The notes: generated by a model not told the origin, from the sequence alone. Shown: positions 1-9,460, numbered from the whole stretch's first letter. The stretch is DNA of 63,882 bases, filler included, from Acidimicrobiia bacterium (GCA_041577335.1; 3 parts of 3 records of this genome joined end to end with filler, not necessarily neighbours in it); one strand, 5' to 3'. A program made the numbers and translations.

Positions 1-4
1 CTCG

Positions 5-601
5 ATGCTCATCTCAGGCACGGTGATGGCTCTGGTCGTCTTTGCGGTCTACGGCTCGGCCCGTGCTTATGCTGCAACCCTCGTTGACGATGACCAGCTG
101 ATCGCGGCGATATTCGTCGATGGTGGTGGCTTGGTGCTCGCAACGGTGGCCGCCTTGCCCTGGTTCCGTCGCACCCTGATTGCGGTCGGAGCAGATCCCA
201 ACGGGCTCCCGACCTCCGCATCCAGGATTACGGCCATGCTTGCCGCCGCGATTGTCTTCTGGGCTGGTGTCCTGTTTGGGCTGCGATATCTGTACGGCAT
301 CCCGGCGATCTTCGTGCTGCTTTGGTACGCACTGTTTGGGTATGCGGTCGCCTCTACGAACGAACGCGGCCTCAAAGCGCTCGGGACGAGTGTTCGGATA
401 GGGCAAGGCCGGAGATGGTCCATTGCGGCGCTTGGCATAGTCTTGCTCCCGTTCAACCTCGCGGCCGCGGCTCCTATCGGGATTGAGATTTCGCCGCTGA
501 CGGTTGTAGCGGCGGCACTGCTTCTCGTTGTGACCACGAACATATCGATGGGTGCTGGCGCCAATCTCTATCGCTGGTTAGTTGAAAGTGAGGGCTCATG
601 A
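5..601 (+). CDS. Multi-pass membrane protein, probably 5'-truncated by the window edge
   Basis: Several hydrophobic segments. Its stop overlaps the ptsI ATG (ATGA). Confidence 0.65.
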   Translation: MLISGTVMALVVFAVYGSARAYAATLVDDDQLIAAIFVDGGGLVLATVAALPWFRRTLIAVGADPNGLPTSASRITAMLAAAIVFWAGVLFGLRYLYGIPAIFVLLWYALFGYAVASTNERGLKALGTSVRIGQGRRWSIAALGIVLLPFNLAAAAPIGIEISPLTVVAAALLLVVTTNISMGAGANLYRWLVESEGS

Positions 602-2304
602 CCACTACCGGATCTCAGCTGCAGCTCCGCGGCTTCGCGGCCTCGCCTGGTGTCGTAGAAGGCACTGCTTATGCAATCGTCGATTCTGAGCCCGACATCA
701 GCGGAGTAACCGATCCGGGGCCCGCGTTCACCGCCGCAGCGGCTGCTTCGGCTGAACAACTGACCAACCTCGCCGCTTCCGCCGAGAGCGCCGGTAGGGC
801 CGAGGCCGCCGAAATCCTCAGTGCCCAGGCGTTGATGGCAGCCGATCCGATGCTCGCCGACGAGGTCCAGGGTCGGATCGCGGCCGGTGTGGCGCTCGGC
901 GATGCCCTCGTCGAAGCGTCCGAGAACGTCATCACGATGCTGCTCGAGTCGGGAAGCGAATACCTGGCCGAGCGGGCGGCCGATGTGCGAGAGATCGTGC
1001 GTCGCATCCTGAGCAACCTCGCGGGTGAAGAGCCCCGCTCGCTCGCTGCTTTGACGGATCCGGCGATCGTGGTCGCTTCGACTCTCACCGCCGCCGACAT
1101 TTCGGCGATGGACCCGGCGACGACCATCGGTCTTGTCACCGAAGGCGGCGGACCCACTGGGCACGTGGCCGTGATCGCCCGGTCTCTGGCGATCCCGGCG
1201 GTGGTGGGTCTGGCTGGTGCGCTGACACACATCGAAAATGGCACAGCGCTCATCATTGATGGCAGCTCTGGTGAAGTTGTCGTCAACGCCGATGATGCCA
1301 CCCGTTCGGATCTGCAAGCGCGGGCTGCCCGGCGGGTGGAGATGGCCAAAGCAGCCGAAGCCTATCGCGGCAAGGCAATCACCTATGGCGAGAGGGCGAT
1401 GTCGATTGCCGCCAATGTCGGCAACGTCGCCGATATCGAGGGGGCGACGGCCCAAGAGTCCGATGGCATCGGCCTGTTCCGCACCGAGTTCTTGTTTCTC
1501 AGCTCCGATCGACCGCCAACCGAAGCAGAGCAAGTTGCCGTCTACACGCAGGCTGCGTCTTCGTTCGAGCACCCTGTCGTCATCAGGACGTTCGACATCG
1601 GCGGCGACAAGCCTGCTCCCTACCTCGATATCCCTCCTGAGGAGAATCCGTTCTTGGGTGTTCGCGGGATTCGACTGTACGAGGATCACGAACAACTGGC
1701 CCGCACTCAGGCTCGGGCAATCCTTCGTGCGGCTGCCGGCGGGGACGTGTGGGCGATGGCGCCAATGGTTGCCACTGTCGATGATATGAAGATGGTTCGG
1801 GCGATCTTCGATCGAGCGCGCTCGGAGCTCGAAGAGGAGGGCGTAGCCATGGGACCGATACGCCTCGGCGCGATGGTGGAGGTTCCGTCGCTGGCGCTGA
1901 ATGCACGCGCCGCCGCCGCCCACGTCGATTTCTTCTCGATCGGCACCAACGACCTCACCCAATACACGTTGGCGGCCGACCGCACTTCGGGAGCGTTGGC
2001 GAAATACGGAGATGCCGCCGACCCAGGCGTTCTCAAACTGTGCGCAATGACGGCTCGGGCAGCCAATGAACGCGGTATCTCGGTGTCGGTATGCGGAGAA
2101 GCGGCCGCCGATCCAGTTCTTGCCTTGCTGTTCGCCGCCATGGGAATGGACAAGCTGTCGGTGGCGGCGGGTTCTGTGAACCAAATCAAGATGACGGTCG
2201 ACCAGGCAAACCCCTCCGCTTTGGCACCTTTGCTCGAGGCCTGCCTGGAGGCATCGTCATCTGAAGAGGTCCGCGGCCTCGTTGCCGAGGCCGTACCAAG
2301 CTGA
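598..2304 (+). CDS. ptsI: PTS Enzyme I (PEP-protein phosphotransferase)
   Basis: Motifs EGGGPTGHVAVIAR (phospho-His), GIGLFRTEFLF, RTFDIGGDK, EENPFLGVRGIR, DFFSIGTNDLTQY, VSVCGE. Confidence 0.96.
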   Translation: MTTTGSQLQLRGFAASPGVVEGTAYAIVDSEPDISGVTDPGPAFTAAAAASAEQLTNLAASAESAGRAEAAEILSAQALMAADPMLADEVQGRIAAGVALGDALVEASENVITMLLESGSEYLAERAADVREIVRRILSNLAGEEPRSLAALTDPAIVVASTLTAADISAMDPATTIGLVTEGGGPTGHVAVIARSLAIPAVVGLAGALTHIENGTALIIDGSSGEVVVNADDATRSDLQARAARRVEMAKAAEAYRGKAITYGERAMSIAANVGNVADIEGATAQESDGIGLFRTEFLFLSSDRPPTEAEQVAVYTQAASSFEHPVVIRTFDIGGDKPAPYLDIPPEENPFLGVRGIRLYEDHEQLARTQARAILRAAAGGDVWAMAPMVATVDDMKMVRAIFDRARSELEEEGVAMGPIRLGAMVEVPSLALNARAAAAHVDFFSIGTNDLTQYTLAADRTSGALAKYGDAADPGVLKLCAMTARAANERGISVSVCGEAAADPVLALLFAAMGMDKLSVAAGSVNQIKMTVDQANPSALAPLLEACLEASSSEEVRGLVAEAVPS

Positions 2305-3809
2305 TGACGGTCGTCCTGACGAGCCGCCAAGTGCGAACCCTCGAGTGGCTCTTCGAGCAGGACTCACCGACGAGTATCTCCTCCGCCGCCGCCGAGCTGC
2401 GCCTGAGCCCTCGGGTGGTTCGCAGCAGTCTCGACGGGATCGAGCGATATCTGGCGGAGTTCGCCGTCCGCCTCGAACGTCGACGTGGATTGGGAATCTG
2501 GCTGGAGGGCCCAGCCCCTGGATTGAAGGCGGCCCGTCTATCGATCGAGGCCATGGAGGACTCCGACTCTGTCAAGGTCTACACGGCCAGTGACCGGCGC
2601 AAGCTGACCCTGTTCGAGTTGTTGGTGGCGGCCCCGGCATCCCGAACCGTCGAGCAACTCGCCGAAGCACTTCAAGTGTCGCTGACATCGGCCCGCCGGG
2701 ATCTCGTGCGCGCCGAACCGTGGTTCATCGAGCAGGGGCTCTTTCTCGCCCGGCAGCCCGGACTGGGAATATCGGTGATCGGGACCGAGACGGCCATCCG
2801 TCGTTCCCTCGTCAAGCTGCTCCTCGAGACGGTGCCGCTCGATGTTCTCGCCTCGGAGGAAGTTGGGCCAACCTGGTATCGGGTGCCGAACATCGGCGCC
2901 GGCATCCGCCGTGTTCTTCGTCAGCTGCCGCTGTCTGACTGCCATGGCATCGTCCAACGCATCGACGCACTCAGAAGGCAGGCACGGCACGGCCATCCGT
3001 GGTTGGCGGCCGACCTGGCGGTGACAGCGTTTCGGATTTCGACGGGCAAGGTGCTGACACTCGAGCCAGGTGAGCTCCGGTCGCTGGTCGATCACCCAGT
3101 GTGGGAGACGGCGGTGGCAGTGGCGGCCGAAATGGCCGAGATCGTCGGCGCGCCGCTTGCCGATCCCGAGATCGGTGGCATCACGGAGCATCTGCTGGGG
3201 ATGGCGGAGCTCACCATCACTCAACCCGAGAGCTCGGTACTCGACGCCTCCGTGGAACAGGCGATCGCCATCGCGTCGGCAACGCTTCACCCGGGCTTGG
3301 CTGACGACGCCGAGCTGGCCCGTTCAATGAACGAGCACTTCGACCGGCTTCGAATCCGCATCCGGTATGGCCTGCCGGTTCACAATCCGCTGCTGAGCGA
3401 TGTCTCGGCTCGCTACCCGGATGTGCACGCCGTTGCGACCAAGATCGCCAACGAGACAGGCTTGGCCTTTGGCGGCCCGATCACCGAGGACGAGGCCGGG
3501 TACATCACGATGTACCTCTCGGGGGCCATGGAACGTCTCCGCCTGAAACCTCGCCGCCGGGCGATCGTCGTTTGCCCGAGCGGTGTGGCGACGGCATGGA
3601 TTCTCGTGTCCCGCATCCAGGCGGAGTTTCCCGAGCTCGACCTCGTGGACGTGCTGTCTGCCGGGTCGATCGATGATCATGCCGACCTCGACGCCGACGT
3701 GGTGATTTCCACTGTCGCGATCGCCGATGCCCCGCCCGGAGTGCCGATCGTGGTCGTCAATGCGCTTTTGCCCGCCGACGATGTGCGCAAGGTCTCGAGA
3801 CGGCTCTGA
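2304..3809 (+). CDS. PRD-containing transcriptional regulator (MtlR/BglG-like): HTH, PRD domains, C-terminal EIIB
   Basis: Two N-terminal HTH segments, PRD-like segments (EIGGITEHLLG; EHFDRLRIRIRYG..HNPLL..DEAGYITMYL) and EIIB motif VVCPSGVATA. Lies inside the PTS operon. Confidence 0.88.
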   Translation: MTVVLTSRQVRTLEWLFEQDSPTSISSAAAELRLSPRVVRSSLDGIERYLAEFAVRLERRRGLGIWLEGPAPGLKAARLSIEAMEDSDSVKVYTASDRRKLTLFELLVAAPASRTVEQLAEALQVSLTSARRDLVRAEPWFIEQGLFLARQPGLGISVIGTETAIRRSLVKLLLETVPLDVLASEEVGPTWYRVPNIGAGIRRVLRQLPLSDCHGIVQRIDALRRQARHGHPWLAADLAVTAFRISTGKVLTLEPGELRSLVDHPVWETAVAVAAEMAEIVGAPLADPEIGGITEHLLGMAELTITQPESSVLDASVEQAIAIASATLHPGLADDAELARSMNEHFDRLRIRIRYGLPVHNPLLSDVSARYPDVHAVATKIANETGLAFGGPITEDEAGYITMYLSGAMERLRLKPRRRAIVVCPSGVATAWILVSRIQAEFPELDLVDVLSAGSIDDHADLDADVVISTVAIADAPPGVPIVVVNALLPADDVRKVSRRL

Positions 3810-3911
3810 CCGCTCGCATTGTCACAACTCAGAAAGACCGTATTGCTACTGGCATCGAGCGGGTTCTTCGACGAAAGTGCAAGAACAGGAATCTCTCATG
3901 AGGAGGCTTGA

Positions 3912-5072
3912 GTGCAAGCGAGGATTCAGAAATTCGGTGGGTTTCTCTCCGGAATGGTCATCCCCAACATTGGGGCGTTTATCGCATGGGGGCTTATTAC
4001 CGCCCTCGTGATTCCAACCGGATGGCTGGTGGAACTTGGCTGGATGGGTACAGGGACGGCAGACAACCTGACAGGTGGCCTGGTCGGACCCATGATCAAG
4101 TACCTGTTGCCGGTCTTGATTGCCTATACCGGTGGAAAACTGGTCCATGGACACCGCGGCGGTGTGCTGGGTGCCATCGCAGTCTTCGGCGCCATCGGTG
4201 GCGCCGCGTTCGAGTTGGCGTCGGGAGCAACGGGCGATCCGCCTCAGTTCCTCGGCGCGATGGTCGTTGGCCCGCTCGCCGGCTGGGTGATGCTGAAGAT
4301 CGACGACTTCATCGAGCCGCGTACGCCGGCCGGGTTCGAGATGTTGTACAACAACTTCTCGCAAGGTATCGCAGGCGTCTTCTTGGCGTTCCTGTCCTAC
4401 TGGGTCATCGGTCCGGTGATGTCGTGGATCGCCACGATCTTCGGCAACGCCGTCGAAGGAATCACGGACGCTGGGCTGTTGCCACTGGCAGACATACCTA
4501 TCGAGGTTGGCAAGGTGTTGTTCTTGAACAACGCCATCAACCACGGCGTGTTGACCCCACTGGGAACGACCGAGGTGGCCGAGGCAGGCAAGTCGGTGTA
4601 CTTCATGCTCGAGTCCAACCCCGGCCCCGGCCTGGGTCTGCTGTTGGCCTACTGGGTCGCCGGCAAGGGTCTCATCAAGCTTTCGGCACCAGGTGCTGCG
4701 ATCGTGCACTTCTTCGGTGGCATCCACGAGGTGTACTTCCCGTATGTGCTCATCAACCCCATCATGATCTTCGCGATGTGGGCGGGCGGGATCTCGGCGG
4801 ACATCGTGTTCGTCGCCACCGACGCGGGGCTCGTAGGGCCTCCATCGCCGGGCAGTATCTTCGCCTACCTACCGTTGTTACCCTCGGGAGGGGGCGCGTT
4901 CGGCGTTCTCCTCGGGATAGCGGTCGGTACGATCATGACCTTCATCGTGGGTGTCTTCTTACTGCGGATCGTGCCTGTTCGTGACATCACGGACACGGAG
5001 ATCGATCTGCACGCTGACGAGCACTTCGACCCAATGGCGGGCGTTCCTGGAGCGACCACCGCCGAGGCATAA
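3912..5072 (+). CDS. mtlA: PTS mannitol-specific EIIC
   Basis: IQKFGGFLSGMVIPNIGAFIAWGLITAL, GFEMLYNNFS, KVLFLNNAINHG, LESNPGPGLG, HFFGGIHEVYFPYVL. SD GAGGAGG before the GTG. Confidence 0.95.
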   Translation: MQARIQKFGGFLSGMVIPNIGAFIAWGLITALVIPTGWLVELGWMGTGTADNLTGGLVGPMIKYLLPVLIAYTGGKLVHGHRGGVLGAIAVFGAIGGAAFELASGATGDPPQFLGAMVVGPLAGWVMLKIDDFIEPRTPAGFEMLYNNFSQGIAGVFLAFLSYWVIGPVMSWIATIFGNAVEGITDAGLLPLADIPIEVGKVLFLNNAINHGVLTPLGTTEVAEAGKSVYFMLESNPGPGLGLLLAYWVAGKGLIKLSAPGAAIVHFFGGIHEVYFPYVLINPIMIFAMWAGGISADIVFVATDAGLVGPPSPGSIFAYLPLLPSGGGAFGVLLGIAVGTIMTFIVGVFLLRIVPVRDITDTEIDLHADEHFDPMAGVPGATTAEA

Positions 5073-5085
5073 GGTACTTGTGTGG

Positions 5086-5117
5086 GACGGTGACCGGGAC
5101 TGGGCCCGGTCACCGTC
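5086..5117 (+). terminator. Intra-operon 13-bp stem-loop (partial terminator or mRNA stabiliser)
   Basis: GACGGTGACCGGG-ACTGGG-CCCGGTCACCGTC between the EIIC and EIIB genes. Confidence 0.6.
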
Positions 5118-5147
5118 TCCCTTGTCAACAACACCTAGGGAGGTGCG

Positions 5148-5477
5148 ATGTCCGATCTAGTCACCAAACAGGCGGCGGACGTGAAACTGATCGTGTTCGC
5201 CTGTGAGGCCGGAATGGGTTCGAGCCTGATGGGCGCCAATCAGGTCAAGAAGCTCATCAAGAAATCAAAGCTCGATATCAACGTGGTTCACGCGCCAGTG
5301 GGCCAGATCCCCCCTGCCGCCGATATCGTGCTCACCCACAAGGGCCTGGCAACGCAAGCCAAGGCCAAAGCGCCTAACGCCGCCGTCGTGGGTTTCACCA
5401 TGTTTTTCAACGACCCGAAAGTGCTGGGCGTCGTCGCCAAGCTCAAGGCGGGCGAACCGGTCACGTCGGAGATCTAG
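5148..5477 (+). CDS. PTS mannitol-type EIIB (stand-alone)
   Basis: IVFACEAGMGSSLMGA phospho-Cys loop. SD GGGAGG. Confidence 0.93.
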   Translation: MSDLVTKQAADVKLIVFACEAGMGSSLMGANQVKKLIKKSKLDINVVHAPVGQIPPAADIVLTHKGLATQAKAKAPNAAVVGFTMFFNDPKVLGVVAKLKAGEPVTSEI

Positions 5478-5479
5478 CG

Positions 5480-5929
5480 ATGGATACCGAAGCAGTCCCC
5501 GTACTGGATCGGCGATATATTGCCCTCGGCCTCGAGTCGGTTGATCGCGATAGCGCCGTTCTGGCAGCCGGGCGGATGCTCGTAGAGCGCCAGATCGTCA
5601 GCGAGGACTACCTAGACGCAATGCTGAAGCGCGAAGAGACGGTCTCTACGTTCATGGGCAACGGCGTTGCTTTGCCCCACGGTACGTTCGACGCCAAGAA
5701 CGCGGTGCTCGGAACGGGGATCGTGGTTCTGCAATACCCTGATGGGGTGGAATGGCCCAATGGCACTGCTCATCTCGTGGTGGGTTTGGCCGCAAGCAAC
5801 GAAGACCACGTCACGGTGCTTTCCCAGCTCGCCGAAATACTCCAGGACGAGGAATTGTGCCAACAACTGTGGACCACGGATGACGCTGATTTCGTGTACG
5901 ACTCGCTGATGGCTGAGCCTATCGAATGA
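5480..5929 (+). CDS. mtlF: PTS mannitol-specific EIIA
   Basis: REETVSTFMGNGVALPHGT phospho-His motif of the EIIA(Mtl/Fru) family. Confidence 0.92.
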   Translation: MDTEAVPVLDRRYIALGLESVDRDSAVLAAGRMLVERQIVSEDYLDAMLKREETVSTFMGNGVALPHGTFDAKNAVLGTGIVVLQYPDGVEWPNGTAHLVVGLAASNEDHVTVLSQLAEILQDEELCQQLWTTDDADFVYDSLMAEPIE

Positions 5930-7311
5930 AGGCGACCGTCTTCGGCGCCGGCAACATCGGCAGGGGACTGGTGGGGGCGGTGCTGGCAGATAGCGGCTAT
6001 GACCTCACCTATGTCGACGCCGACTCGGCGCTCGTCGCACTGCTCAGTGACGCATCCTATTTCGAGCTCGTCACTCAAGAGAATCGTCGCCGCATCCCCA
6101 TCGAGGCTGCCATCGACGCGTCTGATCTGGATGCAGTCATCGCGTCAGTGGCTCGATCGGAACTGGTGGCAACCGCCGTGGGCGAGCCGATCCTGCGTGT
6201 GGTGGCGCCTGCCATCGGCGCTGGGCTCGAATCCAGCCTGGCAAATACCGTCAACGTGCTGGCCTGCGAGAACATACATCCCAACTCCACGCTGCTCGGC
6301 GACCATATTGCGGCAGCCACCAGCGACGAGGTAACCCGTGGCGTGGGTTTCCCCAACGTCGTGGTGGACCGGATCGTGCCGGGAGCCGGCGGCACCATCG
6401 ACGTCAACGTGGAAACAGAGTTCGACTTTGTCGTTGACGGGACTGCGTGGGTCGGGTCCCGTCCCGAGACGGCCTCCATCACTTTCGCCGACGACATCGA
6501 GGCGTACGAGCTCCGCAAACTCTGGCTCGTAAATGGCATTCACGCCATCACGGCGTGGATGGGAATCGCCGCTGGTCACGAGTACATCCACCAGGCGATC
6601 GTCGACCCGAAGATCCGTGGGGATGTCGCGGCAGCGGCCGAGGCCGCCGCCCGTGCTCTCGCCGACCTCACCGACGAGTTCGAGCTCGAGGCGCTACAGA
6701 CGTACGCCGCCACTGTGCTCGGTCGGTTCGCCAACGCCGAGCTGGCCGACCCGACCGTCCGGGTCGCCCGCAATCCGCTTGCCAAGCTCGGGCCGGGTGA
6801 GCGGATTCTCGGTCCGGCGGTCGCCGCCGAGGCAAGGTCGCTCGATATCGGAGGTTTCGCCGCCGGAATCGCAGCGGCGCTCCGCCTCGAAGACCAGGCG
6901 GTAGTGGGCCTCGAAGAGTTGAAAGAAGAGATCAAGGAGACAGGCTGGGAGCAGTTCCTCGTTGGGCATGGGGGCGTGCCTGAGAAGGGCGCAATCGTCG
7001 AGGCGGTGCGTGCTCAACTCGAAGCTGTTAGTGAGAGAAGGGATACATCGGTGATTTCCGAGGAGATAGTCATAGCGAATCCGTCCGGGCTTCATGCCCG
7101 GCCGGCCGCAGAGATCGTGGAGCAGGCCAAGACGGTCAACGCCACGGTTCAGATCAAGAAGGGAGAGAAGACGGCAAACGCTGCCAGCATCATGTCCGTT
7201 TTGGCGCTAGGCGCTAACACTGGAGATACTGTTACCGTCATTGCCGAGGGTGAAGATGCCGAGGCGGCAGTATCCGCCATGCTCGCAATCATGAACGCTA
7301 CGGAGCACTGA
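5926..7311 (+). CDS. mtlD: Mannitol-1-phosphate 5-dehydrogenase fused in frame to a C-terminal HPr
   Basis: FGAGNIGRG, LACEN, VVDRIVP, RKLWLVNGIHA, RVARNPLAKLGPGERI, followed without a stop by GLHARPAA. Confidence 0.92.
   Translation: MKATVFGAGNIGRGLVGAVLADSGYDLTYVDADSALVALLSDASYFELVTQENRRRIPIEAAIDASDLDAVIASVARSELVATAVGEPILRVVAPAIGAGLESSLANTVNVLACENIHPNSTLLGDHIAAATSDEVTRGVGFPNVVVDRIVPGAGGTIDVNVETEFDFVVDGTAWVGSRPETASITFADDIEAYELRKLWLVNGIHAITAWMGIAAGHEYIHQAIVDPKIRGDVAAAAEAAARALADLTDEFELEALQTYAATVLGRFANAELADPTVRVARNPLAKLGPGERILGPAVAAEARSLDIGGFAAGIAAALRLEDQAVVGLEELKEEIKETGWEQFLVGHGGVPEKGAIVEAVRAQLEAVSERRDTSVISEEIVIANPSGLHARPAAEIVEQAKTVNATVQIKKGEKTANAASIMSVLALGANTGDTVTVIAEGEDAEAAVSAMLAIMNATEH
7051..7311 (+). 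CDS. ptsH: HPr domain with its own candidate internal start
   Basis: GAAGGGA-N7-GTG at 7051. Counting from this GTG gives His15 (GLH) and Ser46 (NAAS) at the canonical HPr positions. Confidence 0.8.
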   Translation: MISEEIVIANPSGLHARPAAEIVEQAKTVNATVQIKKGEKTANAASIMSVLALGANTGDTVTVIAEGEDAEAAVSAMLAIMNATEH

Positions 7312-7312
7312 T

Positions 7313-7615
7313 ATGTCACGACTTGATCAAGCACAACTGATTGCTGCAATCAGCGAGATCATGAATGCCTCACCCGACGACAGCGGCCAAGCCGATCTGG
7401 TGTCGGAAAAGGGTCACATCGTCGTGGCCGCTGACGCCAACGACTTCAAAACAGCTTTCAAACGCATCAAGAAGGTGCCGGGCTATCGGTGGGTGGCGAT
7501 CAATCGCGATGACCTGTTCCTCGCCAACACGCTATCTCTCGGCAGCAAGGCCGGCATCATCGACGCCACCGGCAAGGTCCTCAAAGCGGCAGACCTTCCG
7601 CGCAAGAAGATGTGA
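7313..7615 (+). CDS. Hypothetical protein, 100 aa, apparently co-transcribed with the PTS operon
   Basis: ATG 1 nt after the HPr stop. Protein-like composition and typical codon usage. Confidence 0.75.
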   Translation: MSRLDQAQLIAAISEIMNASPDDSGQADLVSEKGHIVVAADANDFKTAFKRIKKVPGYRWVAINRDDLFLANTLSLGSKAGIIDATGKVLKAADLPRKKM

Positions 7616-7836
7616 ACATGAACGACGGCTCGGACCGACCGTCGCTTGGCGGCTGGCATGTGCCGAGGTTGTCTACCGCAGTCTGGATAACGGTCGTGGC
7701 CTCGGTGCTCGGCTACTTCGCGTACGGTCGGGCTGTTGCCAACATTGTTGCTATCGCCGGGGCCATTCTCGTCACGGTCGTCGCGGTGGTTCGGGACCGG
7801 TTCGAGCGCGGCGCAGACCGGCGTGAGGTCGATTGA
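7612..7836 (+). CDS. Small two-TM membrane protein
   Basis: Two hydrophobic helices. GTGA overlap with the upstream stop. Confidence 0.55.
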   Translation: MNMNDGSDRPSLGGWHVPRLSTAVWITVVASVLGYFAYGRAVANIVAIAGAILVTVVAVVRDRFERGADRREVD

Positions 7837-7938
7837 GCGGCTTCCGACGCGTGATACGAGATTCGGCAAGCAAGGCTGGGACCTTCTCCTCTGGCGACAC
7901 CCCGGCGGTTCCTCCTACCTTGGAGCTGGAGGTGTGGA

Positions 7939-8166
7939 ATGAAGGTAAAGCTGTTTACGAGCGGCACCAGTTGGGGTAAGCCTGCCAACCAATTCGCCAG
8001 TTTGGAAGAAGCGGTCAATGCCTGGCTGGACGCCCACCCAGGCATCACGATCAACCAGGCCCACCAGCTCAGTCAGCCCACCTTCGGGTGGGGCCAGCTG
8101 GCGATCGCGTTCTGGTACGAGGACGCCGTGGTGGACACCGAGGAACACCTGCTGCTGTCGCAGTGA
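7939..8166 (+). CDS. Small hypothetical protein (MKVKLF..LEEAVNAWL, Cse60-like pattern)
   Basis: SD GGAGG before the ATG. The family resemblance is recalled, not verified. Confidence 0.7.
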   Translation: MKVKLFTSGTSWGKPANQFASLEEAVNAWLDAHPGITINQAHQLSQPTFGWGQLAIAFWYEDAVVDTEEHLLLSQ

Positions 8167-8313
8167 GCTGAATATTGGTGGTCCAGCGCAGCGACGGCTC
8201 AATCGTCGCGCTATGCCGCGGAGCGGTGTCGCCTAGGCGTGCCTTTTGTTCGCAGTCCTACGGTCGTTCTCCAGTCCCGGATTCCGGTGGAGCCACGCGG
8301 TCCAGAGCACAAG

Positions 8314-9327
8314 TCAGAGGCCTCTTCCAAGATCGGGGCGGTCGGTGATCAGGCCGTCGACGCCGAGCGTAACCAAGCGCCGCATCTCTTCGACGTCGTT
8401 GACCGTCCACGGCAGCACCTGAAGGCCGGCGGCGTGGGCTGCGGCCACCATCTCCTCGTCGAGCGTGCGGAAGTTGGGCGACCATACCGAGGCGCCCCGG
8501 GCAGCGAGGTCGGCGAAATCAGGCGGGGTGGTGCTGGCGGTGAGGGCTGACAGGGTCACATCGCTGCGTTGCGAGCGGATCGCCCACAACGAGCGATGGT
8601 CGAAGCTCTGCACGACAACACGGTTCACCAGGCCCCGCTCGTCGAGCACGTCGAGCAGCGTTTGCTCGAAGCGGCCCGGGTTGACGCCGTCGAAGTCGTC
8701 GCCGATGAGCTCCGGCCGGTCCTCGACCCGCTTGGTCTCGATGTTGAAGCCGATCGTGGAAGCGTTGTCGCGCTGCTCCTGGTCCTTGACGCCGGAAGCG
8801 ACGTACAGATCGATGAAATCCAACAGCTCGGTGAGCGTGATGATCTCGAAACGGTTCCCGGCCAGCACGGTCGGCACGGTGTCCTGCACCGGGAAGTCCG
8901 ACGGGTCCGGGTTCCGGTCGCATCGGTAAGCGCCGAGCTCGCTGCGGGTGAGGGCGCTGATCCGCAACTCATCGGGCGGCGTGGCCGGGTCGTCGGGGTC
9001 GGCGGCGCCCGCGGGCGCGCCGCCGGCCAGCCGGCATTTCGCCGGATCGACGTACGGGTCGTGCCACACCACCAGCTCCCCGTCCGCAGTGAGGTGCAGG
9101 TCGAGCTCGAGTGTCGTCACCAGTTCGTCGAGGGCGGTCTCGAAGGCAGGCAGGGTGCTCTCGGGCTTGAGCCCGCGTGCACCCCGGTGACCCTGGACGT
9201 CGAATCCGGCGTCCGCTCCGGCCGTCGAAGCCGGGCCGGCAGTGCCGCTGCCGCCGCAGGCCGCGACCACGACGCTCAGACCTGCGAGGGCCCCGCCGAG
9301 CACGCTCCTTCGAAAGAGGTTGCTCAT
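8314..9327 (-). CDS. Glycerophosphodiester phosphodiesterase, Tat-type lipoprotein
   Basis: QGHRGARG..PESTL, ELDLHLTADG..VVWHD, NIETK, QSFD, WTVN, DGLITDRP. From ATG 9327: FRRSVL signal and VAAC lipobox. CAGAAT lies 6 nt upstream. Confidence 0.92.
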   Translation of the reverse strand: MSNLFRRSVLGGALAGLSVVVAACGGSGTAGPASTAGADAGFDVQGHRGARGLKPESTLPAFETALDELVTTLELDLHLTADGELVVWHDPYVDPAKCRLAGGAPAGAADPDDPATPPDELRISALTRSELGAYRCDRNPDPSDFPVQDTVPTVLAGNRFEIITLTELLDFIDLYVASGVKDQEQRDNASTIGFNIETKRVEDRPELIGDDFDGVNPGRFEQTLLDVLDERGLVNRVVVQSFDHRSLWAIRSQRSDVTLSALTASTTPPDFADLAARGASVWSPNFRTLDEEMVAAAHAAGLQVLPWTVNDVEEMRRLVTLGVDGLITDRPDLGRGL

Positions 9328-9460
9328 GCCCCCATTCTGGCCCGGCGACGAGCCTCCGCCACAACCTGGCTCCACGGCTGCAGTGGCCATTCCGGGAGAT
9401 CCTCTGTGCCCAGCGCGCCGAGGCTGACTAGACGGGCTTCGCCTGGTCGCAGCGAACCTA

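Noticed and set aside
568..2184. 538-aa minus-strand ORF, and similar long antisense ORFs (13113..15014, 16444..19251, 29656..31029, 32025..33449, 41670..42860)
   Set aside because: Shadow frames of well-supported genes in high-GC DNA, with no family motifs.
3819..3826. TTGTCACA upstream of mtlA, resembling half of the Bacillus MtlR operator
   Set aside because: The matching half-site is absent, and it could equally be a -35 element.
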